In this document: one piece after another, positions 28,288 to 38,586 of the stretch
Numbering within the stretch: position 1 is the first letter of the stretch
Layout of the letters: each line of letters starts with the position of its first letter
Origin: a virus
Lineage: Duplodnaviria; Heunggongvirae; Uroviricota; Caudoviricetes
DNA: 64,000 bases
Direction: 5' to 3' (one strand)
IMG/VR virus record: IMGVR_UViG_3300039208_000529
Span: 48,443-112,442 of that record
Made by a program: the position numbers and the translations under genes
Notes under the pieces: generated by a model
Told to the model about the DNA's origin: nothing
Databases searched by the model: none
Seen by the model: the letters and a program-made list of their open reading frames with translations, nothing else

Positions 28288-28910
28288 TGGCGGTATACAA
28301 ATTTTGGTGTAATAAAGAAGGACATATTTTTGAAACTAAAATACCTAAAAACAGATATGAATCATTTATTCGTAAATGTGAGTCACTTAAAAAAGTTTGT
28401 CCAAAATGTAAGCCAGAGAACGTAAGAATTTTTCCTCTGGAGGATTCTGACGGATGTAAAATATATAGGTGTCCGAAAAATCATGTGAATACGATGTGTT
28501 TGTTTAAAGATGGTATGGTTCATGTGTCGTGCAATAATGTCTTTACTAACTTTTTGGAAACAAAGGGAGATAACGCCGAGCAGCTCGTTGTCGAACTAGT
28601 TGACGATGGAACGATTTGTTGTCAGTATGAAGGTGAGTGTGGATTACCTCTTGTGGCTATAGATGACACTCAGTTCGTTAGGCCAAATGTTTCGTTTATT
28701 AAAACCAGAGTTAGAGTTGGAGACATTTGGGATAAAGCTGGGGTAGCAGATCCTGTTGCTGGTAGTTATGATGGTGATTTTTATTATAAAGAAAGCGAGT
28801 TTGAAAAGAGAAACAAAGAGCGTTTGAGTAGAATGAGGCGTGAACGCAACATCTCAAAAGATAGGCTTCCTGGAAAACCGTTGAACGAACCGACCAATCC
28901 TGACGAATGA
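28287..28910 (+). CDS. Cys-rich putative zinc-binding protein
   Basis: CNKEGH, CPKC, CPKNH and CQYEGEC clusters. Confidence 0.6.
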   Translation: MAVYKFWCNKEGHIFETKIPKNRYESFIRKCESLKKVCPKCKPENVRIFPLEDSDGCKIYRCPKNHVNTMCLFKDGMVHVSCNNVFTNFLETKGDNAEQLVVELVDDGTICCQYEGECGLPLVAIDDTQFVRPNVSFIKTRVRVGDIWDKAGVADPVAGSYDGDFYYKESEFEKRNKERLSRMRRERNISKDRLPGKPLNEPTNPDE

Positions 28911-31900
28911 CTTTTATACATCTAAGCGTACATTCTAAAGCGTCAATGCTTTATGGATCTGCTGATATTAAGAAGCTTGTTAAAAAGGCAAAAGAATGTA
29001 ATCAGCAGGCGATTGCTTTGACTGACTATAGTAATCTTTTTAATGCTGTCAATTTCTACAAAGAGGCAACTCATGTAGGTATTAAACCAATTTTAGGTGT
29101 CGATGTTTTGTTCTGCGAAGATTGTGACGAGTACAAAGAACAAAAGATCAGACAAACTAATCATTTGGTACTTCTGGCAGAAAATGATATTGGATGGAAA
29201 AATATTACGCGAATAGTGGCGGAATCAAATACTGGCGACAATTTCTATTTTAGTCCTAGAATTGATTTTAAGATCTTAGAGAAATATTCTGATGGTATTA
29301 TAGCTCTAGCTGGCGGTACGTTTGATGGCGTCATTTCATACTATCTTTATGACAAAAAGGGTGATGATGGTTCGATTAGAGACAGTGCTGCTCCGTTCAA
29401 AGCACAAGCGTTAGTTCGTAGATTCATTAAGATTTTTGGGACCGATCGGTTCTTTCTAGAAGTTCAAGATCATGGCCATGATATCCAGCGTGAAGTTAAC
29501 AATAAACTTAGAAACATTGCTATCAAATATGGCATAAAAACAGTTGCTACCAATAATGTTCATTATGTGGATAAGAGCGACGCTGAAGCTCATAAAACTT
29601 TGCTGTCTATGAATGTTGATAGATACAACAGAACTACAAGTACAGACTTTTCGCGTGAAGAATATTATCTTAAATCGAGAGAAGAAATGTGCTTACATGA
29701 CAGCGAGATCGCTACAGCTGTTGAAATTGGTGAGCGATGCAATGTATTAATTGATGTTGCTAAACGTCGGCTTCCTAAGTATGCTTTCTTGCCAGAGGGC
29801 GAGACCGCAGATGGTTACCTGCGTAAACTGGTGATGGATGGTTTAGCATATATTATTCAAGGAAAGAAAAATGCCGATGATTATATGGCTAGAGTTGAAC
29901 GTGAATTGTCGGACATTCATGAAATGGGATTCGACGATTACTTCTTGATTGTTCATGATGTTATTTCTTGGTGCCAAAAAGAAAAGATGTTGATTGGCCG
30001 AGGTCGAGGTAGTGCTGGAGGTAGTTTGGTTAGTTATTGTCTCGGCATTACGGACATTGATCCTCTTAAATATGGTTTAATTTGGGAACGCTTCCTAAAC
30101 AAAGGCAGAGGAGGATTACCTGATATTGATAGCGACGTTCCTCAGTCAAAACGCAAAGCTGTAATTGATTATATCAAAAGTCGTTTTGGGGCAAATAACG
30201 TTGCTCAGATTGTTAACTACAATGCCATGAAAGCCAAAGGTATTCTAAAAGAAGTTTTTAGAGTTTATGGTATGGAGTTTGAGGAAGCAAATAGGATTAC
30301 TGCACTTATTCCAAATAAGAACGAAGACCATGTAGACATAAGTCTTGATGAAGCCTTGGCTACCGTCCCCGCATTGAGAGAATATGAGAAAAAGTATAAA
30401 GCATGGTTTTCTATAGCTAGATCATTAGAGGGATGCTACAAGGCTACAGGTATTCATGCGGCCGGTATTGTTATTTCAGATACTCCGTTTGAAGAGAGTA
30501 GTTATCCTTTGGCAAGAGCTAAAGATGGTACGCTAATCTTCGGTTGGGATATGCAAACTGTAGATACTTTAAGTCTTTTGAAACTTGATATTCTTGGTCT
30601 TACCACTCTTGACGATGTACAAACGACATTTGATCTAGTGAAAAACAGGCGAGGTTTGGATGTTACTAGACAAAGTATTCCTCTGAATGATTCTTCAACC
30701 TATGCTATGATTGGAGCCGGCTTTACAGTTGGAGTATTTCAGATTGAGAAACAGCTTGGGCAGGTTTGGAGTAAAAACCTAGAGCCATCTAATATTGAAG
30801 AGATTAGTGATCTTTGTAGTATAATTCGTCCAGGACCATTAGACTCTGGTATGGCAGAGCAATATCAGGAAGTTAAAGCTGGAAGAACTGATCCGGATTA
30901 TATTCATAACAAACTAGAGCCTATATTAAGTAAGACTTACTCTGGTTGCTTATATCAAGAGCAGGTAATTGAAATTTGTCGGCAGCTTTCTGGAATGTCG
31001 TCGATTGATGCTGATAAAGTTCGCAAGGCCATGGGCAAGAAAAAGCCAGAAGAGATGGCTAAATGGAAAAAAATATTTATAGATGGTTGTTACAATTACT
31101 CTAACATTGATATTATAACAGCGGAACAGATTTGGAGCTTTATTGAAACCTTCGCAGGATATGGATTTAATAAATCTCATGGTGTAGGATATGGTCTTTT
31201 AACATATGAGACCGCTTACCTAAAAACAAACTATACTGTAGAATTTTTATGTGCAAAGCTACGTCATACTGATGGTGACTTTGATAAAATTAGTGCACTT
31301 GTTTATGATGGCAAGCTCTTTAATATAAACGTGGTTCCGCCAAGTGTTAAAAATGGTAACAGTAATTTTGCAATTATAGATGACAACAACATTGCTTTTG
31401 GATTGACTTCAGTTAAGGGCGTGGGAATTGCAGCTATTACAGACATCAAGACTGTTGCAAATAACGTAAGTAATTTTGATGACATATTGTGGAAGATAAA
31501 ACTAACTAAGAATAAGATTACTAGTGCGGTTGTTGCAGCACTCATTAAAAGTGGAGCCTTTGATTCTTATGGTGAGCCTCGTGTCAGAATGTTGGCAAAA
31601 CATAATTTGATGGAAGGATTAAGCAAGACGGAATTGAAGAATATTGACTCCCTTATGAAGAGAGAGCCAGATATCAAAGATTGGGTTCGTTTTGTAAGAG
31701 GTCTATCTGATGACAGCAAAACTGATATTATTAAGAACAAGTATGGAATACGTGTTCCAGACGCTCGCCGTCGTCCAAAGTTACAAGAGCTGTTAAGAGA
31801 ATATGATGCAGCCGATTTGTTTGATGGGAAGATACAGAATATTGGTTGGGAAAAACAATACTTAGGAATATCTCTGAGCGGCAATGAAGCTGAAATGTTT

Positions 31901-32188
31901 AATGCTAGGAATAAGTGTGCAGAGCTGATGAGAAGCGGTGAGCCAAACGATGGATTTGAAATCGCGGTGTGTGTAGATTCAGCTAGAGAACATATTTGTG
32001 GTAACGGAAAAACTATGGCTTTTGTTTCTGCGAGGGACGATACTTATGCCATGAACAATATTGTTGTTTTTCCTCAACAGTTTGAAAAATTTCATGATCT
32101 TTTAATAGAAGGAAATATTCTAAAAATTAGTGGTAAGATTAGCGACAGACGTTCTCTTGTAGCTAATAAAATTAAGAGGCTAAGATGA
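28907..32188 (+). CDS. dnaE: DNA polymerase III alpha subunit (C family)
   Basis: PHP domain, GRGRGSAGGSLV, WERFLN...LPDIDSD, LLKLDILGL, GYGFNKSH, C-terminal OB fold; no intein. Confidence 0.96.
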   Translation: MTFIHLSVHSKASMLYGSADIKKLVKKAKECNQQAIALTDYSNLFNAVNFYKEATHVGIKPILGVDVLFCEDCDEYKEQKIRQTNHLVLLAENDIGWKNITRIVAESNTGDNFYFSPRIDFKILEKYSDGIIALAGGTFDGVISYYLYDKKGDDGSIRDSAAPFKAQALVRRFIKIFGTDRFFLEVQDHGHDIQREVNNKLRNIAIKYGIKTVATNNVHYVDKSDAEAHKTLLSMNVDRYNRTTSTDFSREEYYLKSREEMCLHDSEIATAVEIGERCNVLIDVAKRRLPKYAFLPEGETADGYLRKLVMDGLAYIIQGKKNADDYMARVERELSDIHEMGFDDYFLIVHDVISWCQKEKMLIGRGRGSAGGSLVSYCLGITDIDPLKYGLIWERFLNKGRGGLPDIDSDVPQSKRKAVIDYIKSRFGANNVAQIVNYNAMKAKGILKEVFRVYGMEFEEANRITALIPNKNEDHVDISLDEALATVPALREYEKKYKAWFSIARSLEGCYKATGIHAAGIVISDTPFEESSYPLARAKDGTLIFGWDMQTVDTLSLLKLDILGLTTLDDVQTTFDLVKNRRGLDVTRQSIPLNDSSTYAMIGAGFTVGVFQIEKQLGQVWSKNLEPSNIEEISDLCSIIRPGPLDSGMAEQYQEVKAGRTDPDYIHNKLEPILSKTYSGCLYQEQVIEICRQLSGMSSIDADKVRKAMGKKKPEEMAKWKKIFIDGCYNYSNIDIITAEQIWSFIETFAGYGFNKSHGVGYGLLTYETAYLKTNYTVEFLCAKLRHTDGDFDKISALVYDGKLFNINVVPPSVKNGNSNFAIIDDNNIAFGLTSVKGVGIAAITDIKTVANNVSNFDDILWKIKLTKNKITSAVVAALIKSGAFDSYGEPRVRMLAKHNLMEGLSKTELKNIDSLMKREPDIKDWVRFVRGLSDDSKTDIIKNKYGIRVPDARRRPKLQELLREYDAADLFDGKIQNIGWEKQYLGISLSGNEAEMFNARNKCAELMRSGEPNDGFEIAVCVDSAREHICGNGKTMAFVSARDDTYAMNNIVVFPQQFEKFHDLLIEGNILKISGKISDRRSLVANKIKRLR

Positions 32189-32391
32189 TGTATGTATATG
32201 ATTTTGAAGCTATAAGTTTAACAAATGAACAGAAGTACTTACTTGAAATGCAAGAAATTGATCCATCTGTTTTAAGCGAAATGGTCAAGGAATTGATTAA
32301 TAAAAGAGTTAAAGATGGGTGGGAGCCTCTCTATCCGTTTACGTTTCCTACCTTGTGGTTTAGAAAAGGTTTTCACGACGAAAACAAATGA
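32185..32391 (+). CDS. small hypothetical protein
   Basis: 68-aa ORF coupled to dnaE and the sigma gene. Confidence 0.55.
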   Translation: MMYVYDFEAISLTNEQKYLLEMQEIDPSVLSEMVKELINKRVKDGWEPLYPFTFPTLWFRKGFHDENK

Positions 32392-33053
32392 TGACCGATT
32401 TTACAGAACAAGAAGTCGTCGAAATACTGAACCAGTATAGTTCTTTAGTTGATCGTATAGCAAAGAATACTTTTAAGTCGTCGCCTGCTATTGATTATGC
32501 TGATTTATGTCAGGTCGGTGAGCTTGCAGTTTTAAGGGCTGTTAAAACTTACGATCCTAGTTGTGGAGCTAATATTAAGTCATATGTATATAACGTAGTA
32601 AGACGGGATATTTACAACGAGGCTGCTAGATTTTTAGGAGTTTTTACTGTAGACCACAAAGTAACAGAGATCGCAGCGAAAGCAAATAGGTTGTTTGAAA
32701 AAGGAAAGAGTGATGCTGAAATTGCAGAAATTCTATCCAACCAGATTAAGAGCCGAAATTTTGACGAATCACATATTCGAGATATGCGAATGGCATACAC
32801 AAGACGGGCTGCTTATATAATTTCAGATGATGAGGGAGATTCCGCCGAGGAAGAATCAATAGAAGACCTTCTTTCTTCTATTCCAAGCAACAATGTTGAA
32901 AAGTTTATTCTTAACGAGAGAATTATGGGATTATTGTCAGCAGATGCTGCTTCCGAAGCTCTTGGTGTATCTCTAAATAAGATATATAAGATAGAACGTA
33001 TTTTGAAGCAACGGATTGAGCGTGCAATATCAGGGAGGACTGATGAGTTATAA
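32388..33053 (+). CDS. phage RNA polymerase sigma factor (sigma70 family)
   Basis: Region 2-like DLCQVGELAVLRAVKTYDP...KSYVY; region 4-like HTH AASEALGVSLNKIYKIE. Confidence 0.8.
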   Translation: MMTDFTEQEVVEILNQYSSLVDRIAKNTFKSSPAIDYADLCQVGELAVLRAVKTYDPSCGANIKSYVYNVVRRDIYNEAARFLGVFTVDHKVTEIAAKANRLFEKGKSDAEIAEILSNQIKSRNFDESHIRDMRMAYTRRAAYIISDDEGDSAEEESIEDLLSSIPSNNVEKFILNERIMGLLSADAASEALGVSLNKIYKIERILKQRIERAISGRTDEL

Positions 33054-34845
33054 GAAGAGAATTTTATTTGTTGGCGAAGCTAGTTTTTTGAACACTGGTT
33101 TTTCTAATATTTATAGACAGCTATTACAAAAGTTGGCAGCAACTGGGAAATATGAACTTGCTGAATTTGGTAGTTATGCTCGTCAAGATCATCCTGATGT
33201 TCAGAATTTTATTAACGGTCGCTGGAAATTTTACGGTAACATGCCAATGAATGAACAAGAGGCACAAGTTTATAACCAAATTTGTCCTCATCCTCGTGCT
33301 CGTGGAAGCAATACAAACCAGTTTGGCGAATGGAAATTTAATAGCGTTGTGGCTGATTTTAAACCTGATATTGTAGTAGACATTCGAGATTGGTGGATGC
33401 TTGAATACCAAGAAAGAAGTGTTTTTCGTCCTTGGTTTAAATGGGTTGTTATGCCAACCGTTGATGCTGAGCCTCAACAAGAAGAATGGATTCAAACCTA
33501 TGAAAATGCTAATGTAGTGTTGGCCTATTCTGATTTTGGAATTAATACCTTAAAAAGACAGTCTGCTAATGTGCTTGGTAAATCTAAAATGAAAGTATTT
33601 CCTAAGCCAATGCGTCCAGGAGTTGATCTATCTGTTTTTAAGCCGACAGATAAAAATGATGCTAGAGAGCACTTCAATTTGTCTAAAGATATACCTATTA
33701 TCGGCACAGTGATGAGAAATCAAAGTAGAAAGTTGTATCCAGATCTTATTGATGCTTTCGCTCATATGAAAAATAAATATCAAGGCAATGAGCGTGTTGA
33801 TAAAGCAGTTCTAGCGATCCATTCTGCTTGGCCAGACAATCAACATTCATATGACTATCCTCGTCATATCATGCGACTAGAATCTTACAGTTGGATGCCA
33901 TACCATAAAAAAGGTATTCGTTCAGATGTATTACAGACTATGTTATGTTGGGCGTGTAAACAAAGCCATATTACGTTTGCAATGAATTTGTGGAATAAGC
34001 CTATTGATAGCGGCAGAATAAGATTGCCGTGTCCATACTGTGGACAAAACGAAGCCTCTCCTCCAAATACTGGAGTTGGATTTTCTCGTGAGGAATTGGC
34101 TAATTTTTATAACGCTATTGATCTATATGTTCAATGTTCTATTTGTGAAGGCGATGGAATGCCTATTCAAGAGGCTAAAGCTTGTAAGGTTCCTACCTTA
34201 GTGATGGATTATACTGCTATGCGTGAAAAAGGACGCTTTCCAGCAGAATATACTCATTTAAAAGAACTGAATGTTTCCGAAAAAGACTATACATGTCATA
34301 AAGGTGGAGACATTATTGAAGTAGAGCGTTACTATATGGAGCCTGAGACTTCGTGTAAGCGTGCTCTTCCTAGTATTGAAGATTTGGCAGATAAGATGTA
34401 TCAGATGATTTCTGATCCTGTGAGGCTCGCCAAGATGGGAGAAGAGGCTCGCGAATGTGTAGAAGAAAATTATGATTGGGACAAGGTATGGAAACAATGG
34501 GAATTTGTTTTCGACAAAATTTCTGTTATTGACAGAAATGAAACTTGGGAATCTCCTGTAGAGCAAGTAGAGGAAGTTAGAGCAATAGATATTCCAGATG
34601 GAATGGATGACCAAGCTTTTATTAATTGGCTATACACACATGTTTTGAAGTATCCATGTATAGATCCTAACGGAGCTAATATGTGGCTTCAAAATCTTAA
34701 GCAGGGAGTACCACGAGAACAATTAAGAGATCATTTTGTTAAGTTAGGAAATCAGCAATCTGATGCTACGAAAGTTAGAAATCAAATTAGAGCACAGATT
34801 GATGGAGTTACTGTAGAGCTTGAAAATAAGCAGGAGTGGTTGTAA
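33043..34845 (+). CDS. GT4 (GT-B) glycosyltransferase with C-terminal DUF4214-like domain
   Basis: GTVMRNQSRK, FYNAIDLYVQCSICEGDGMPIQEAKAC; C-terminal DDQAFINWLY..VL...D..G...W...L..G..R; GGGAGG RBS before 33043. Confidence 0.85.
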   Translation: MSYKKRILFVGEASFLNTGFSNIYRQLLQKLAATGKYELAEFGSYARQDHPDVQNFINGRWKFYGNMPMNEQEAQVYNQICPHPRARGSNTNQFGEWKFNSVVADFKPDIVVDIRDWWMLEYQERSVFRPWFKWVVMPTVDAEPQQEEWIQTYENANVVLAYSDFGINTLKRQSANVLGKSKMKVFPKPMRPGVDLSVFKPTDKNDAREHFNLSKDIPIIGTVMRNQSRKLYPDLIDAFAHMKNKYQGNERVDKAVLAIHSAWPDNQHSYDYPRHIMRLESYSWMPYHKKGIRSDVLQTMLCWACKQSHITFAMNLWNKPIDSGRIRLPCPYCGQNEASPPNTGVGFSREELANFYNAIDLYVQCSICEGDGMPIQEAKACKVPTLVMDYTAMREKGRFPAEYTHLKELNVSEKDYTCHKGGDIIEVERYYMEPETSCKRALPSIEDLADKMYQMISDPVRLAKMGEEARECVEENYDWDKVWKQWEFVFDKISVIDRNETWESPVEQVEEVRAIDIPDGMDDQAFINWLYTHVLKYPCIDPNGANMWLQNLKQGVPREQLRDHFVKLGNQQSDATKVRNQIRAQIDGVTVELENKQEWL

Positions 34846-34846
34846 A

Positions 34847-35563
34847 ATGACTGAAAATACTAAAGAATGGGCAGAGAATTTGTTGAAGCAAGGTGTTGAT
34901 ATTACTTTTGTGCTTGATAGATCTGGATCTATGTCTTCTATGGCAGACGATGCAGAGGGTGGAATGAATCAGTACGTTAAAGATAGACAAGATGAACCAT
35001 TTGATACGCGATTTACTTTTATTCGCTTTGACAATGAATACGAAGTTGTTTATGATGCCGTGCCAGTGGACGAGGTTGGTGAAATCAAAGTCGAACCCCG
35101 TGGAGCTACCGCCTTATTGGATGCAGTTGGTAGAGCAATTAACGAAACTAAAACAAGAATCGGTGCTATGTCAGAAGATCAACGTCCTAAGAAAGTTTTG
35201 TTTGTGATATTGACTGATGGTTATGAAAATGCTAGCCGCGAATTTTCTAGAGATACAGTTAAAGAGATGATTAAAACTCAGACAGATGACCACAATTGGT
35301 CTTTTGTTTTCTTAGGTGCTAATCAAGATGCATTTGCAGAAGCTGGTGGATTGGGCGTTATGCGTGGTAATGCTATTAATTTCACTGGAACTGCTAGTGG
35401 AATTAGCAGTGCTCTTAGCTACACTTCTCAGCAGACTAAAACTTATTCGTGTTCGCCACAAAATGTAGCAATGAATTTCTTTGATGGCAATGAGAATGTA
35501 GACGACGTTGTTAATGTTAATGATAACGATTCATCCGAAGGATTTACTGTAACCAAATCATGA
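34847..35563 (+). CDS. von Willebrand factor A domain protein
   Basis: MIDAS FVLDRSGSMS, TALLDA, ILTDGYENAS. Confidence 0.88.
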   Translation: MTENTKEWAENLLKQGVDITFVLDRSGSMSSMADDAEGGMNQYVKDRQDEPFDTRFTFIRFDNEYEVVYDAVPVDEVGEIKVEPRGATALLDAVGRAINETKTRIGAMSEDQRPKKVLFVILTDGYENASREFSRDTVKEMIKTQTDDHNWSFVFLGANQDAFAEAGGLGVMRGNAINFTGTASGISSALSYTSQQTKTYSCSPQNVAMNFFDGNENVDDVVNVNDNDSSEGFTVTKS

Positions 35564-36783
35564 AATTACTTTTTTGCGGTCCAGTTCTAGACTTTAGTGG
35601 GTTTGCTCATTCAAGTAGAAATTTTCTGCGTTGTTTGCAGCAGGACATAGAGTTAGATGTTGTCGTCAGAGCTTTAAAATATGATAAGCTTGATAGTGGA
35701 CAAGAGTTTGTTGTAGAATCTTGGTTATCTGAAGCACTTAAAAAGGATCTACAGAACATAGATGCCTGTATTCAGATGACTACATGTAATGTTGAAGCCG
35801 TTCCTATTCCTGGAATATGTAACGGTTTATATACTTTTCTTGAAACAGATAGAGTACAGCAATCTTGGGCGGCAAAGGCTCAGTCATTTGATTTTTTGAT
35901 GGTTCCTTGTAAGGCTAATGCTCAAGCTTTAATGAGATCTGGAGTTACAAAACCAATACTTGTTTGTCCTCCCCCTTGTGACACAGATGTTTATAAAAAA
36001 GAATATTTGCCATTCCAAATTAAGGATGTTGGAGATAGAACTGTATTCTATAATATTTGTCAATTAAGTACTAAAAAAGGTATCGACGCTTTATTGCGTG
36101 CTTATTATGCTGCTTTTGCAGATTGTCCAGATGATGTGTTATTAGTATTAAAAACATATATCAACATGAATGATCGCAGCAAAGATTCAGAAATCGTAAA
36201 GGGATACATTGACAGAATGAAAGTTTCTTGTCGTATTCCTGTTCAAAAACTTCCACCAGTTTTACCTATATTAGGTACGGTGTCTGATGATGAGATTAAT
36301 AGCTTGCATGAAGCAGGGCATGCGTACGTATGTTCTTCTAGAGCAGAAGGATGGGGTATTCCTGTTTTTGATGCTTTGGCACATGGCAAGACTGTGATTT
36401 CTAATGCTTCTGGTGGACTAGAAGACTATGTTAGGAATGAATTTGCGTTGGTATATGGCGGAACGTCAACATTTTTCTTTGATGCTCCACACCAAGATCC
36501 TGGACTGTTTACTGGACTTGAGCAATGCTTTGAACCATCTCCTGTAGAAATGGCTTTTCTAATGAGGAAATTTCATTTGCTTCGTAAAGATCATTCTGGC
36601 GAAGATGCTAAAAAAGAGTGGGAAGGTATTTTAACTAGACGCGAGAATGCCTCTCAATTAGGGGACAAGTTTGATTATAGAGTTGTTTCTAGCAAAGTAA
36701 CTACTCAAGTAAAAGAAGCCTTTTCTTCCTGGAAAGAAAATGGCTGTGTGCAATTTAATGCAAACAAGGACTTGGTAGAATGA
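35560..36783 (+). CDS. GT4 glycosyltransferase
   Basis: KKGIDALLRAY, SSRAEGWGIPVFDALAHG. Confidence 0.88.
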   Translation: MKLLFCGPVLDFSGFAHSSRNFLRCLQQDIELDVVVRALKYDKLDSGQEFVVESWLSEALKKDLQNIDACIQMTTCNVEAVPIPGICNGLYTFLETDRVQQSWAAKAQSFDFLMVPCKANAQALMRSGVTKPILVCPPPCDTDVYKKEYLPFQIKDVGDRTVFYNICQLSTKKGIDALLRAYYAAFADCPDDVLLVLKTYINMNDRSKDSEIVKGYIDRMKVSCRIPVQKLPPVLPILGTVSDDEINSLHEAGHAYVCSSRAEGWGIPVFDALAHGKTVISNASGGLEDYVRNEFALVYGGTSTFFFDAPHQDPGLFTGLEQCFEPSPVEMAFLMRKFHLLRKDHSGEDAKKEWEGILTRRENASQLGDKFDYRVVSSKVTTQVKEAFSSWKENGCVQFNANKDLVE

Positions 36784-37091
36784 GCTTGACAGATTGGGCC
36801 AAAGAACTTTTAGATAAGCCTTGGATTAAATCGAGACAATATAGAGAAATAAGAATTATATTTAGAGAATTACCGGTTGAGTCTGAAATATATGACATGA
36901 CGACAAATAAAAAGATGAAGCATGTTAAAAATATATCAATAGAGGGAGCCATTGATGCATCATGTTGGATGGCAACGCTTGAATGTTTTAAGATAATGTG
37001 TGAAAACGTAGGGGGAATAGAAGGCAAAACAGAGTTTTCTGACGAGACATATTTTGAAAAAGTTCTAGTGAAAGAGTTTGTAATATCATGA
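36780..37091 (+). CDS. hypothetical protein
   Basis: 103-aa coupled ORF with N-terminal WAKELL. Confidence 0.6.
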   Translation: MSLTDWAKELLDKPWIKSRQYREIRIIFRELPVESEIYDMTTNKKMKHVKNISIEGAIDASCWMATLECFKIMCENVGGIEGKTEFSDETYFEKVLVKEFVIS

Positions 37092-38107
37092 ACCAACAAC
37101 AAATTTATTATGAGCCGCAGATGCAATCTATCGCAGAGCGAGTGAATACTCCTGTGCGATTGGTACAATGTATCCAATGCCACAATGAAGAAGAATTTAT
37201 CGGCCGAACTCTTTCTTCTATTTACAGCGTAGTAGATAGAATTATTGTTATCGAGGGAGCAGTAGAAAACCGTCCTTACTCTACAGAAGACGGTCATTCT
37301 ACTGATAGAACTTTAGAAATTATTGAAGATTTTAAAAAGAATCATGACCCAGATAATAAAGTGATGTTAATTAAAATTTCCAAGCATTGGAAGAATCTTG
37401 AAGAAATTAAGCAGACCTTTTTGGATCTTTGTTTTCCTGGCGATTGGATAATTATTAATGATGCAGATGAATTCTATCGACCTGAAGATATTCTTAGACT
37501 GAGAGCGGCCATTGAACTTAATCCGCATGCCTGTGAATTTGTTCCAAACTTTTTACATTTTTATCGTGATGTGTGGCATGTGGCTGTTCCTGGTCCAGAA
37601 TGGCAGCCACAACATCAACGTATTTTTAAATTTGTGCGAGGAATGAGGTACAATAGTCATCCTGTCGTTACTGATCCGGCCGGTCACTGTACTTATTTTT
37701 CGTCTCATTATCAGCATCGTCGTGTTATGCTTAATGATTTTTGGATCTATCACTATGGATATGCTCGTTCAAATATGGATGAGATTATGAGACGAAAACA
37801 AGAATACTATAAGGGTGAGCTTGCTAAACACGGCGAAGCTAATGTTAAGTTTGATCAGAAGGTGAAAGATTGGTTTGATGGCACTGAACTCGTACTGGAA
37901 TTCACAGGGCAACATCCTGATGCTATTAAGGGACATCACATCTTTGAAAAGCCAACCCGTGTATATGAAGCTGGTTCTAAATCATGGGTTGACGATGAGT
38001 TTTACGGAAAGGCTATTCGAGGAGAGTCATATGGTAACATCTGGCTCTGTATGACTGGACAAGCTCAGCCACCGATGTCTCATTATCATAATGGCATGAC
38101 TATTTAG
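37088..38107 (+). CDS. GT2 (GT-A) glycosyltransferase
   Basis: HNEEEFIGRTL, DGHSTDRTLEI, WIIINDADEF. Confidence 0.85.
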   Translation: MNQQQIYYEPQMQSIAERVNTPVRLVQCIQCHNEEEFIGRTLSSIYSVVDRIIVIEGAVENRPYSTEDGHSTDRTLEIIEDFKKNHDPDNKVMLIKISKHWKNLEEIKQTFLDLCFPGDWIIINDADEFYRPEDILRLRAAIELNPHACEFVPNFLHFYRDVWHVAVPGPEWQPQHQRIFKFVRGMRYNSHPVVTDPAGHCTYFSSHYQHRRVMLNDFWIYHYGYARSNMDEIMRRKQEYYKGELAKHGEANVKFDQKVKDWFDGTELVLEFTGQHPDAIKGHHIFEKPTRVYEAGSKSWVDDEFYGKAIRGESYGNIWLCMTGQAQPPMSHYHNGMTI

Positions 38108-38115
38108 GAGAAATA

Positions 38116-38586
38116 ATGAAAAATTGGTTTAAAACGACGTTTTTATATAAATGGTTTCGTATAATATATGACCCAATTTATTTTAAAAGAGTATTGGGGA
38201 AAAATTTGTTTGCAGAATCTTTTACTCCTGATAAATCTGTAGGTCATCAACACGTATGGAAACCTGTTTCTGTACAGCCATCAATAATGGGTGCTAGAGC
38301 TGTTTCTACATGTATCTGTGGAATGAAGTTGTTACATTCTCGTGAGCATTTTGAAGAATGTAAGAATCATGATTGGGAGTTTCTTAGTCGTCATTCTGAT
38401 TCACATTTTGTATGTTTCAGATGCAAAGAGTGTCATGAGACAACATTGGTTCCGTCTCATGCTATTAGTAACGAATTAAGTGCTGGTAACGACGTTACGT
38501 ATGATAGTAATCATAAAGGCGTGAAAGTGTACAGAGATAATAAATTTGTCAAAGAGATAAAATACAAAGACATTTTAGATGCCTAA
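38116..38586 (+). CDS. hypothetical Cys/His protein
   Basis: AGGAG RBS; H..W...C.CG and H.W...C.EC repeats. Confidence 0.65.
   Translation: MKNWFKTTFLYKWFRIIYDPIYFKRVLGKNLFAESFTPDKSVGHQHVWKPVSVQPSIMGARAVSTCICGMKLLHSREHFEECKNHDWEFLSRHSDSHFVCFRCKECHETTLVPSHAISNELSAGNDVTYDSNHKGVKVYRDNKFVKEIKYKDILDA

Noticed and set aside
22625-32188. Inteins or introns in recA, dnaB and dnaE
   Set aside because: Lengths are normal, motifs are contiguous, and no C/S...HN splice junctions or LAGLIDADG blocks were seen.
36786-36815. TTGACA inside ORF 36780 as an internal promoter
   Set aside because: No convincing -10 at 16-18 nt spacing, and it is not shared with the other WAxxLL loci.
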